DNA from: Alphaproteobacteria bacterium
GTDB lineage: Bacteria > Pseudomonadota > Alphaproteobacteria > MPNO01 > UBA830
Direction: 5' to 3'
DNA: 64,000 bases
Assembly (NCBI GenBank): GCA_964291215.2
Contig: OZ219791.1
Location: 2,880,001 to 2,944,000 of the forward strand
Shown here: piece after piece, positions 51,854 through 61,545 of the stretch
Layout: each line of letters begins with the position of its first letter
Position numbering within the stretch: the stretch's first letter is position 1
Translations under genes and position numbers: made by a program
The notes under the pieces: model-generated
The model's input: only the letters and a program-made list of their open reading frames with translations
What the model was told of the DNA's origin: nothing
Databases searched by the model: none

Positions 51854-52846
51854 TCATTGCGTGCGTGCGGCGGCCCAGCGGATGAAGGCGGGCGAGTGCT
51901 GGAGGGCGGCGGATGCAGGACCCGACCAGGAACTCGCCGACCTCGCGGCGCAGCCGTCCGGCATAGGTGACGATGGCGTCGAGCGTGATGTCGTCGGCCA
52001 TGCGGTAGAGCGCGCCGCAGAGCGCGATCAACGCGCTCGCGTTGTCCGGCACGACCGCGTTCCCGGGATCGTCGAGCACGGCCCGGGGATGGGGCAGTTC
52101 GCGCCACACCTTCAGGAAGGCCGAGAACTCGACCGCCGCCGCCTCGCCCGCCGTGCCCCGGAACAGCGCCCGCTCGACCGAGGGGTCGGGACCGGCGCGC
52201 CGGTTGACGATGCCGGAGACCATCTCCCAGGTGCGGGGGCAGCAGAACGCCTTCTCCTGCGAATCGAAGCAGTGCAGCAGGTCGGGGCGCATCCGGATGT
52301 AGAACAGCACCTGGGGCGCGATGCCGTTGGCCGCCCCCCAGGCGAGCCAGTCTTCCGCGTCCACCCGGACCTCCAGATGGACGAAGCGCGAGGCGTCGGC
52401 ATGCGGTGGACCACGCCGCGGTCGCTCTCGCGGTTGCCGCAGGCGATCAGCGAGGCGCCCTCGGGCAGTTCGTACTCGCCCACCTTGCGGTCGAGCACCA
52501 GCTGGTAGAGTGCCGCCTGCACCATCGGCACGGCGGACGGCAGTTCCTCCAGGTTGATGAGCCAGCGGCCGGGGTCGTCCGCCGGCGGCAGGAAGGCGGG
52601 CGGCGCCCAGCGGGTGCGCCTGTCCGCATCGCGCCACGGGATGCCGCGCAGGTCCACCGGATCGAGCAGCAGCGCGCGTACGTCGACATAGCTGCGCGAG
52701 CCCTCGGCGGCGGCCTGCTGCGCGAGCGCGCTCTTGGCGCAGCCCGGCGCGCCCCACAGGATGCAGGGCTGGCGCGCCTCGACCAGCAGCGCCAGGGTCG
52801 GCGCAAGCTCGCGCAGCGTGTAGTCGGCGGAAACGGTGTCGGTCAT
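51854..52846 (-). pseudogene. MoxR-like AAA+ ATPase, frameshifted
   Basis: WGAPGCAKS, DPVDLRGIP, LINLEELP, VQAALYQL.LDR, GNRESD, SRFVH, PRTWE; frameshifts near 52395 and 51905. Confidence 0.85.
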
Positions 52847-52996
52847 CGGCAGCCTCCGGATTGGCGGAAATGCGGCGCGGGCTCCCTCCGGGCGCCCGGC
52901 CGTTCACCGAAACCTCCGCGGCCCTTTCCTCATCGTGCCGGGGGAGCTTGTGCCGGCGCGCCAGGCGGGGGGCCGGCGCAGGACGGGAATGTGCGG

Positions 52997-53242
52997 TCAG
53001 GCGCCGACCGGATCCGCCGGGGTCTTCGAGGTCGCCAGCCAGGGAAACGCCGGTCGGTTCCGGAAGCGCTTGCCGATGGCAGGATGTCCGGCTTTCGGGC
53101 GCGGCGTGTTGAAACCGGCCTGCGAACGGGTTATGGATTGCACCGGCGGGTTCGCTGCGGCCGTGCGGGCGCGGCGCATGCTTGGAATTCGGGACGGGAG
53201 GATGAGGTCATGACGCGGATGCCGGGCGATATCGGGATGCAT
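52997..53242 (-). CDS. Hypothetical protein, possibly degraded, at the head of the ICE-like operon
   Basis: ORF co-oriented with the AAA gene, ggag upstream; no recognised motif. Confidence 0.3.
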   Translation of the reverse strand: MHPDIARHPRHDLILPSRIPSMRRARTAAANPPVQSITRSQAGFNTPRPKAGHPAIGKRFRNRPAFPWLATSKTPADPVGA

Positions 53243-56200
53243 GACCTGCGGCTCTCCGGGCGGAGCGCCTCACGCGCGCGCGAACTCGTTGTACCCCCCC
53301 CCCCCTCCCCCTCAAGAGTCAGGGCGCGGGGCTGAGCCGGTGGGCGCCCTCGGGAGAACCGTCCGCCGCCTGAAGGCGGGACTCGTCTTTGTCTTCTTCG
53401 CGCTGGTGGTGCTCACCGCACCCGAAAATGCGCGCGCCGCCAAGACCGTCACCATATCGACCGCGTCAACCACGATCACCGAGGGCGATTCCGGCAAGAA
53501 GGATGTGACGATCAACGTCAAGCTCGGGGAGGGCACGCCAACTAGAGTGGGATTTGACGTTGAGTTTGTTGCCGCCAGCAGCACGGCAAGCGACAACACC
53601 AATGTTGGCACCACATCTTGCAGTGCTCCGTCCAGCGGTGCGGATATCTGTTATCCCGGTGTATTCAGCGACAACGCATTTACAAATGTTAACATCGGGA
53701 CGAATGGAAGTTTCGGAATCGGCATACTGGGCGACACGGTCGATGAGGGAACCGGGGAAACCGTCGCCCTGAGGCTTGTGCCCAACAGTCTGGCACGTTC
53801 GGATGGCTGGACGCAGAACAGCAACACGCTCATCCTCACCATCACTGACAACGACGGCACCACCGCCGTTCCCGCCGCGCCGACGAACCTGACGGCGACG
53901 CCCGGCGGCCCCGCGCAGGTGTTGCTGACGTGGACCAAGCCGGCCGGCACGATCACCGGCTACAAGCTGCGCTACGCCAAGACGCCGTCAAAGGGCAGCG
54001 CCACCTGGGCCGCCATGACGGGTTCGGGCGCGAACACCGTGAGGCACATGGTGACGGGTCTGGACAACGACGCCGAATACAGTTTCATGATCCGTGCGGT
54101 GAACGCCTCCGGCGACGGCGCCGCCACGGACTGGGTGACGGCGACGCCTGCGGACAGCTGCCCTGGCGTGGGAGCACCGACGAACCTGAGCCTCGCGCCG
54201 CGTTCGGACGGGTTTGCCGTCACCTGGAATGCACCGACCGATATCTTACGCAACGGCTGGGAATTGTCTTACAAGAAGACCGGGGGAAGTTCGAGCTCTG
54301 TCACCATCTCGGATGCCGCCGCGACCAGCCGCACGCTGACCGGCCTGGAGGCCGGCACCGAATACGAGATCGCTCTTCAAGCGACGCATCCTGTCAATCC
54401 CGATCCTACTGCGTCATGCCCTCCAGGCTCCCGCGCAAAAGCCACCGGCACGACCCTCGCGGCCGCGATGCCGACCATCACCCTCACCGCCGCGACGGGG
54501 GACGGGCAGGTGACGTTGTCCTGGACCTATACCAACGACGATGGGGAGGCGTTCGATCACTGGCGTTACGCGCAGAAGAAAGGCGGCGGAAGCTACAGCT
54601 TTGGCGTGGCGATTCCCGGCGGCAAGACCGTCCGAATGCACACCGTGACAGGTCTGGAAAACGGTGCCGTATACACTTTCAAGGTCTCACGCGGAGTTAC
54701 GAGTCCTCCACCTGCGATGATCCAGTCAACAGCAGATCCTGACTCCAACGAAGTCACCGCCACACCCACGGCGGCCCCCACCGTCGCCGTCCCCGCCGCG
54801 CCGACGGGCCTGTCGGCGGAGGCGGGCAACCGTCAGGTGAAGCTGACGTGGACCGACCCGGACGACGATTCGATCACGCGGTATCGGGTGCAGCAGAGGA
54901 AGGGCAGCGCTGCCTGGGGCAGCTGGACCGCGATTTCCGGTTCGGACGCCGACACCACGACCCACACGGTGACGGGTCTGGACAACGACAGCGAGTACCG
55001 CTTCCGCATCCGGGCGCGGAACAGCGGCGGCAACGGCGCCGCGTCGGCGGTGGTGGAGGCGACGCCGTCGGCGTCGGCAGCGGTTCCCAAGCCGGTGCTG
55101 AGCGCCGAACCGGGTTACGCCAGGGTCACCCTGAGCTGGAGCGCCTTGTCGGGTGTGACGGTTGCGAGCTGGGGCTATCAGTACAAGCCCGCGGGCGGCA
55201 GCTGGATCAGGACCCGGACGGTCACCGGCGGCAGCACGACGAGCACCACGGTGACGGGGCTGACGATCGGCACGGAATACACGTTCCGGCTGTTCGCCGC
55301 GGTCGGTCCCGGTGTGCAGTCGGTGTGGTCGGACCAGGTGAAGGCGACGCCGACGAATACGGTTCCCAAGCCGGTTCTGACGGCGGCCGGGGGCGATGCC
55401 TCGGTCACCCTGAGCTGGAGCGCCTTGACGGGCATTCCGATAACGAGCTGGGGCTACCAGTACAAGAGCACGGGCGGCTGGAACACGACCACGACGGTCA
55501 CGGGCAGAAGCAGGACGAGCGTCCGGGTGACGGGGCTGACGAAGGGCACGGACTACACGTTCCGCCTGTTTGCGGCGGTCCGTCCCGGGGTGCAGTCGGT
55601 GTGGTCGGACCAGGTGACGGCGAAGACCGATCCGGCGGCCCCGGTTCTGACGGCGGCGACCTCGACGACGAACGGGCAGATCGACCTGACCTGGACCCAT
55701 GCCGGCGGCTCGAACGAGTTGTCGGATGCGGACGACTATGTGAAGGACGCGGCCAAGTTCCATTGGTGGAGAGCGCAGACCCGGCTGAAGGGGGCCAGCA
55801 CCTGGACGGATCGCAGTCTCAACCAGGCGAGTGCCAGACAGAACCCGGGCTCTCGCAGCAATCGGCTTCTGCTGAACTATCCTGACGGGGCATCGGTCGA
55901 GGTCCGGGTTCGGGCAACGGGCTATCGCATGGCGGGTGTCGCCGGGGGAACGGGCAACCTTCAGGGTCCCTGGTCGAACATTCGTACGGTGACCTTCAAG
56001 GACGACACCACGGCGGCGCTCACGCTGACCGGGACGCCGGTGACGGTGGCGCCCGGTTCCACGGCGACCTACACGGTGGCGCTGACGAAGGCGTTTGCGG
56101 GGACGCTGCGGGTGACGAGCGACGCCACGGCGGCGGCGCGGGTGAGTCCGGCGAGCCTGACATTTACCACCAGCAACTACAACACGGCGCGGACGGTGAC

Positions 56201-59060
56201 GGTGACCGGTGTGGCGAACGGCACGGCGGTGATCAACCACGCCTTCCGGCTGACGGGAGCCACGGCGGATGCGATCCCGGATGCGGGCACGGTGGACGTG
56301 ACGGTGGCCGATACGCCGGGGGTGACGGTATCGACGGCGGCGCTGACGGTGGCGGAAGGGGGCAGCAGGACGTACACGATGCGGCTGAACACGCCGCCAT
56401 CATCGGATGTGACGATAACGGTGGCGGGCATGTCGGGGGACGTGACGGTGGACACCGACACCGTCATGACCGGCAACCAGAGCGCGCTGACCTTCACCCG
56501 GACCGACTGGAACCAGCCGCAGACGGTGACGGTGAACGCAGGCACGGACACGGACACGGCCACGGACCCCGCCGTGACGCTGACCCACGGTGCCTCGGGC
56601 GGCGGCTACGGCTCGGTGAGCATCGCCGATGTGGTGGTGAGCGTGGCGGAGAAGGATGCGGTGCCGTTGAAGCCGGCCGGCCTTGCCGGCGCGGCGGGCA
56701 GCGGCTCGGTGACGCTGAGCTGGACCGACCCGGACAACCCGACCATCACGAAGTGGCAGGTGCGGCGGAAGGCCGGCAGCGGCGAGTGGGGCGAGTGGGA
56801 GGACATTCCCGGCTCCGGTGCGGGCACCACCAGCCACGAGGTGAGCGGTCTGACCAACGGCACCGCCTACCAGTTCGAGGTGCGCGCGGTGAACGGGGCC
56901 GGCAACGGGGCCGGCCCGGATGCGCCGGTGACGGCGACGCCGGTGGCGCCGGTGGCGCCCGGCGGAGGAGGCGGCGGCGGCGGAGGCGGCGGCACGACCC
57001 CCGCCGCAAGCGTGACGGTGACGCCGACCGCGCTGACGGTGGCGGAGGGCAGCAGCGCCGCCTACACGGTGGTGCTGGACGCGGAACCCTCGGGCGATGT
57101 CACGGTGACGGTGGGCGGCGCGTCGGGCGACGTGACGGTGGAACCGGCCAGCCTGACCTTCACGACCGCCAACTGGGACACGGCGCAGACGGTGACGGTG
57201 CGCGCGGCCCGAGACGAGGACACGACGGACGACACGGCGACGCTGACCCACGGCGCCTCGGGCGGCGGCTACGGTTCGGTGACCATCGATTCGGTGGCGG
57301 TGACGGTGACCGACACGACGCTGTTGCCGGTGCTGACGCTGGCGCAGGATCCTGCGGCGGTGACCGAGGGCGACGACATCCGCCTCGCGGTGACCGCCGA
57401 CCGGGCGCTGACGGGCAGCCTGACGGTCAGCCTGACGCTGTCGGCGCGCAACGCAAGCGGCTTCGATGCCGGTGACGTTCCGGGCGGTCTGGGGCCGCGT
57501 TCGTTCGATGCGGTGTTCGGCGCCGCGGGGCGCACCACGGGGGTGGTGACGATCCCGACGGCGGCCGATGCGGATACGGAGGGGGCGGAAGCCTACCGCA
57601 TCACGCTGAACGACGGTGCGGGCTACGCGGTGGGGAGCGACGCGACGGCTGCGGGCGTGCTGCGCGACCGTGCGCCGGGGTCCGTGTCACGGGCGAACCG
57701 GGTGAATGCGGCGGTGCTGCCGCATGTGGCGGCGGCGGCGATGTCGCAGACGCTGGGGGCGGTGACGGGGCGCATCGAGGCGGCAGGCAGGCCGGGCAGC
57801 TCGCTGCGGTTCGGCGCCCTGCCGTCGTCGCCGGTCAGTCATGCCCGGTCCGCCCGGTCCGCCCGGTCCGCGCCGCCGCGCCCTGAGGAGCCGACCCTGA
57901 GCGAGATACTGGACGGGGCGTCCTTCACGCTGGCGGCGGGCGCCGGGGAGGACGGGGCATCCGCGCCGCCGTTGGCGGTGTGGGGCCGGGGCGAGTGGCT
58001 GTCGCTGTCGGGTTCGGAGAAGGATGTCACCTGGGACGGCGGCCTGTGGTCGGCGCAGCTGGGGGCGGACCTGCGGGTGCGCCCGGACCTGCTGGCCGGG
58101 GCGGCGCTCTCCCATGCGCGGGGCGAGCTGGACACGCAGACGGGCGGGGTGAAGGGCGTGCACGAGACCACGATCACGTCGGTGCACCCCTATGCGGCGT
58201 GGCTGGCGCCGGACGGCTCGACCCTGTGGGCGAGCCTCGGCTACGGGACCGGCGAGGTGCGGATTACCGAGGAAGGCGCGGCGGCGCGCAGCGCCGGGCT
58301 GACGCATTGGAGCGTGTCTGCGGGCGGCCGCAGCGTCCTGGCCGAGGATGCAGAGCTGATCGAGGGCGGGATGACGCGCCTTGCGGTGAAGGGTGAGGGT
58401 TCGGCGGCGCGTCTGCGCACGGAGGCCGATGACGGCCTGGCGGGGCTGACGGCGAGGACGACGCGGCTGCGGCTGCTGCTGGAGGGATCGTACGAGCACG
58501 CGCTGGCGGGCGGTGCGACGCTGACGCCGGCGCTGGAGGCGGGGGTGCGCCATGACGGCGGCGGCGTTGGCGAAGGGGCGGGCCTTGAGGCCGGAGCGGG
58601 CGTGACCTGGCATGACCCGGCGGCGGGCCTGACGGCGGAGTTGCGCGCGCGGCTCCTGGCGGCGCACGAGGCGGACCGCGACGAGTGGGGGGTGAGCGCG
58701 CTTGTGCGCCTCGACCCCGGGGCCGACGGGCGCGGGACGTTCCTCGCCTTCGGCCCCGCGCACGGGCGCACGGAGAGCGGCCTCGGGCAGCTGTTCGACC
58801 TGCCCGCGGCCGCATCCGGCACGGCGCCGGAAGGGGCAGAGAGCCGTCTGGAGGCGGAGGTGGGCCACGGCTTCGGCCTGCCCGGTCCGGGGCCGTTGGC
58901 GGTGCTCACCCCCTGGGCCGGCTTGAGCCTGGCGGGCGCACGCACCCTGCGGCTCGGCGCGCGCTACCGCCTGGGCGCGGGGCTGTCTCTCGGCCTCGAG
59001 GGCGCGCACCGGCCGGGCCCCGAAGACAGCCTCATGCTGCGCGGCGCGCTCCGCTGGTAG
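53241..59060 (+). CDS. Giant autotransporter adhesin with FN3 and Calx-beta/Ig-like repeats
   Basis: 1939-aa ORF; signal peptide RRLKAGLVFVFFALVVLTAPENARA; repeated LSW...VTGL.NG..Y.F..RA.N units; C-terminal barrel ending LRGALRW; true start may be GTG 53340. Confidence 0.9.
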   Translation: MTCGSPGGAPHARANSLYPPPPPPQESGRGAEPVGALGRTVRRLKAGLVFVFFALVVLTAPENARAAKTVTISTASTTITEGDSGKKDVTINVKLGEGTPTRVGFDVEFVAASSTASDNTNVGTTSCSAPSSGADICYPGVFSDNAFTNVNIGTNGSFGIGILGDTVDEGTGETVALRLVPNSLARSDGWTQNSNTLILTITDNDGTTAVPAAPTNLTATPGGPAQVLLTWTKPAGTITGYKLRYAKTPSKGSATWAAMTGSGANTVRHMVTGLDNDAEYSFMIRAVNASGDGAATDWVTATPADSCPGVGAPTNLSLAPRSDGFAVTWNAPTDILRNGWELSYKKTGGSSSSVTISDAAATSRTLTGLEAGTEYEIALQATHPVNPDPTASCPPGSRAKATGTTLAAAMPTITLTAATGDGQVTLSWTYTNDDGEAFDHWRYAQKKGGGSYSFGVAIPGGKTVRMHTVTGLENGAVYTFKVSRGVTSPPPAMIQSTADPDSNEVTATPTAAPTVAVPAAPTGLSAEAGNRQVKLTWTDPDDDSITRYRVQQRKGSAAWGSWTAISGSDADTTTHTVTGLDNDSEYRFRIRARNSGGNGAASAVVEATPSASAAVPKPVLSAEPGYARVTLSWSALSGVTVASWGYQYKPAGGSWIRTRTVTGGSTTSTTVTGLTIGTEYTFRLFAAVGPGVQSVWSDQVKATPTNTVPKPVLTAAGGDASVTLSWSALTGIPITSWGYQYKSTGGWNTTTTVTGRSRTSVRVTGLTKGTDYTFRLFAAVRPGVQSVWSDQVTAKTDPAAPVLTAATSTTNGQIDLTWTHAGGSNELSDADDYVKDAAKFHWWRAQTRLKGASTWTDRSLNQASARQNPGSRSNRLLLNYPDGASVEVRVRATGYRMAGVAGGTGNLQGPWSNIRTVTFKDDTTAALTLTGTPVTVAPGSTATYTVALTKAFAGTLRVTSDATAAARVSPASLTFTTSNYNTARTVTVTGVANGTAVINHAFRLTGATADAIPDAGTVDVTVADTPGVTVSTAALTVAEGGSRTYTMRLNTPPSSDVTITVAGMSGDVTVDTDTVMTGNQSALTFTRTDWNQPQTVTVNAGTDTDTATDPAVTLTHGASGGGYGSVSIADVVVSVAEKDAVPLKPAGLAGAAGSGSVTLSWTDPDNPTITKWQVRRKAGSGEWGEWEDIPGSGAGTTSHEVSGLTNGTAYQFEVRAVNGAGNGAGPDAPVTATPVAPVAPGGGGGGGGGGGTTPAASVTVTPTALTVAEGSSAAYTVVLDAEPSGDVTVTVGGASGDVTVEPASLTFTTANWDTAQTVTVRAARDEDTTDDTATLTHGASGGGYGSVTIDSVAVTVTDTTLLPVLTLAQDPAAVTEGDDIRLAVTADRALTGSLTVSLTLSARNASGFDAGDVPGGLGPRSFDAVFGAAGRTTGVVTIPTAADADTEGAEAYRITLNDGAGYAVGSDATAAGVLRDRAPGSVSRANRVNAAVLPHVAAAAMSQTLGAVTGRIEAAGRPGSSLRFGALPSSPVSHARSARSARSAPPRPEEPTLSEILDGASFTLAAGAGEDGASAPPLAVWGRGEWLSLSGSEKDVTWDGGLWSAQLGADLRVRPDLLAGAALSHARGELDTQTGGVKGVHETTITSVHPYAAWLAPDGSTLWASLGYGTGEVRITEEGAAARSAGLTHWSVSAGGRSVLAEDAELIEGGMTRLAVKGEGSAARLRTEADDGLAGLTARTTRLRLLLEGSYEHALAGGATLTPALEAGVRHDGGGVGEGAGLEAGAGVTWHDPAAGLTAELRARLLAAHEADRDEWGVSALVRLDPGADGRGTFLAFGPAHGRTESGLGQLFDLPAAASGTAPEGAESRLEAEVGHGFGLPGPGPLAVLTPWAGLSLAGARTLRLGARYRLGAGLSLGLEGAHRPGPEDSLMLRGALRW
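53294..53311 (+). repeat. Homopolymer tract C12-T-C5 at the 5' end of the autotransporter
   Basis: Read directly. Confidence 0.9.
55081..55635 (+). repeat. Tandem duplication of an FN3 module (~279-bp period)
   Basis: cggttcccaagccggt at 55081 and 55360; both units end ..GVQSVWSDQV. Confidence 0.85.
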
Positions 59061-59161
59061 GAAAACACCCGGCGTGTCCTGCCGATGGCGCAGGACAGGG
59101 GCCGCCGCCCCGGCCGTGACAGGGAGGCCGCGCCGCTCTCGGCAAGGCCGTATTCCATGTG

Positions 59162-59191
59162 TTGACTTCCCCCCCCCCCCCCCGGTATTGT
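59162..59191 (+). promoter_or_regulatory. Sigma70-like promoter with a C15 tract in the spacer
   Basis: TTGACT (59162-59167), 18-nt spacer T-C15-GG, TATTGT (59186-59191); RBS gaggag, then ATG 59230. Confidence 0.7.
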
Positions 59192-59229
59192 CAAGGACAT
59201 TGTTCACCTGACCTTGAGGAGAGATCGTC

Positions 59230-61440
59230 ATGGCAACCCATTACATCGACAGCGAAGAGACGGTGGATCGATCCCGGGATACCGGAGAAAACCGATACGA
59301 GGCCAGGCGCGGGGAGGGCGGAAGTCCCTACGAAGGCCCGATGAACGTTGTCGGAGGGGCAGGCAAGGACACCTTCATCGGACAGAAGGGCAATGACTGG
59401 TTCAAGGATTCCGGCGGCGGCAGCGACGCACACGGCGGTGGCGGGCGCGACTATCTCGAAGGCGGCAACGGACCGAACACCCTGCGCGGCGGCTGGGGCA
59501 ACGACATCCTGGTCGGGAACCAGAAGGACCAGATCGCCGACCGCCTCTACGGCGGCTCCCACAACGACTTCCTGATCGCGGGCAAGCTCAAGGCGAGCAA
59601 CCGGCAGGACGACGGCACCGGCGCGCTGACCGACGCGACGCTTGGCCGGGGGCCGATCTCCAACCAGGCCGGGGATCCGCAGGGAAGCCTCCTCCATGGC
59701 GGCCATGGCGGCGACCACTTCATCCTCAACCCCGACAGCTATGTCTATATCGAGGACTTCCGGAATTGGTACGACTACATCTACGTGACCGGTATCCGGG
59801 ACGGGGCGGAGCTCACCATTGTCCACCACCCCGACGGCCATTACGGGAATGCCCACTTCCGGATCATGCTCGGCAACAAGGTGCTCGCCGAGCTCAAGTT
59901 CGAGGAGGATGTCAATCCCGATGACGCCGAAGCCGTGAGGGTGGCGAAAGGGAAGATTGACGAGTTCCTGGAGACCGCGAGCGGGGACTGGATCAACGGC
60001 GACCACAATGGCAACACCATTCAGGGCACCGCGCATTCCGACCATATCTACGGCCATGGCGGCGAAGACACGCTCAAGGGCGGCGCGGGGGACGACGCTC
60101 TCGTCGGCGGCAACGGCAACGATACCCTCCGCGGCGGGGACGGCGACGACCGGCTGCAAGGCGGCAACGGCAACGACACGCTTTGGGGCGGCGCGGGCAT
60201 GGACTCGCTCGACGGCGACGGCGGCAACGACCTGCTCTACGGCGGCGGCGGCGACGACGGGCTCTACGGCGGCGACGGCCACGACCGGCTCGATGGCGGC
60301 GACGGCAGGGATGTGCTCTACGGCCGCGCCGGCCGGGACATCTTCGTGATCAGCGAGGGCCGGAGCAGCGACGGGGCCGCTGACATCATCGGGGACTTCA
60401 AGGTCGAGGAGGACTACATCCGGTTGCCGTTCAGCATCTCGTGGGACGATGTCCGGTTTGTCCGGAGCATCACGGACCCGAACGATGTGACCACGTACCT
60501 TGTCACTGGCACGGGCGACTCGCAGAAGGTGCTGGCCCGGTTCCAGGGCTTCGAGGATCTCACTGCCCAGCAGCTGCAGGAGCTCAAGAACAAGGTCGAC
60601 TTCATCTGGGACTTCGACCCGAACGAGGAGTATCCGGACCCGCAGGCCGGGAAGACGCTCAAGGGCACGAACAGGAAGGACATGCTCGTCGGCGGGAACA
60701 ACGACGACACCATTGACGGCAAGGGCGCGGCGGATGTGCTCTACGGGCGCGGCGGCGACGACAGGCTCTTCGGCGGCAATGGCAAGGACACGCTGTATGG
60801 CGACAGCGGCGACGACTCCCTGTTCGGGGATGACAACAACGACATCCTCCACGGCGGCGCCGGCGGCGACACGCTGAACGGCGGGAAGAGCGCCGACCGG
60901 CTGTACGGCGAAGACGGCGATGACACGCTCAATGGCGGCAATGGCGACGACATGCTGTATGGCGGCCGCGGCAGCGATGCGCTGGACGGCGGGGACGGCA
61001 ATGACCGGCTGGAAGGCGGCGAGGGCGATCTCGATGTGCTGGCCGGCGGCGCGGGCGAAGACCGGCTGTTCGGCAACGGCGGCAACGACCGTCTGGAGGG
61101 CGGCAGGGATGCCGACCGTCTGCGTGGCGGCGAGGGCGCCGACGAGTTCCTGTTCCGCCGGGGCGACGGTGTGGACGTTATCACCGACTTCGAGGACGGG
61201 ACCGACGCCATTATCTTCCTGGCCCAGACCGGGGCGAATGCCGGGACCGAGAAGAAGTTCCTTTCGTTCTCCGACCTGGTGCTGACCGACAGCGAGGAGG
61301 CGGGCGGCGTGGTCATCACCTCGGCCAAGCTCGCAGGCAACGAGATCATCGTCAGGGGCGTGACGTCCGAGATGCTGACGGCCGACGACTTCGGCTTCCT
61401 GACGGTCGATCAGTACAACGAACACCTCGACATCGGCTGA
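59230..61440 (+). CDS. RTX/hemolysin-type calcium-binding repeat protein (likely T1SS substrate)
   Basis: Three blocks of GGxGxDxL nonapeptides, D.I.DF..G.D caps, no N-terminal signal peptide. Confidence 0.92.
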   Translation: MATHYIDSEETVDRSRDTGENRYEARRGEGGSPYEGPMNVVGGAGKDTFIGQKGNDWFKDSGGGSDAHGGGGRDYLEGGNGPNTLRGGWGNDILVGNQKDQIADRLYGGSHNDFLIAGKLKASNRQDDGTGALTDATLGRGPISNQAGDPQGSLLHGGHGGDHFILNPDSYVYIEDFRNWYDYIYVTGIRDGAELTIVHHPDGHYGNAHFRIMLGNKVLAELKFEEDVNPDDAEAVRVAKGKIDEFLETASGDWINGDHNGNTIQGTAHSDHIYGHGGEDTLKGGAGDDALVGGNGNDTLRGGDGDDRLQGGNGNDTLWGGAGMDSLDGDGGNDLLYGGGGDDGLYGGDGHDRLDGGDGRDVLYGRAGRDIFVISEGRSSDGAADIIGDFKVEEDYIRLPFSISWDDVRFVRSITDPNDVTTYLVTGTGDSQKVLARFQGFEDLTAQQLQELKNKVDFIWDFDPNEEYPDPQAGKTLKGTNRKDMLVGGNNDDTIDGKGAADVLYGRGGDDRLFGGNGKDTLYGDSGDDSLFGDDNNDILHGGAGGDTLNGGKSADRLYGEDGDDTLNGGNGDDMLYGGRGSDALDGGDGNDRLEGGEGDLDVLAGGAGEDRLFGNGGNDRLEGGRDADRLRGGEGADEFLFRRGDGVDVITDFEDGTDAIIFLAQTGANAGTEKKFLSFSDLVLTDSEEAGGVVITSAKLAGNEIIVRGVTSEMLTADDFGFLTVDQYNEHLDIG

Positions 61441-61545
61441 GCCGCTTCCGGCCAGCGGTAAGACTGCGGCCGATTCTCACCCGGGGAGCGGCCGCAATCG
61501 CATCCGCCGCATGGTGGATCGTGTCAGTGACGAAGGGAGAGTACG

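Noticed and set aside
56961-56993. GGC/GGA repeat as a phase-variation tract
   Set aside because: Triplet, interrupted and in frame; best read as a Gly linker
59230-61440. Pore-forming RTX toxin
   Set aside because: No hydrophobic pore domain or acyltransferase gene; only calcium-binding repeats are evident
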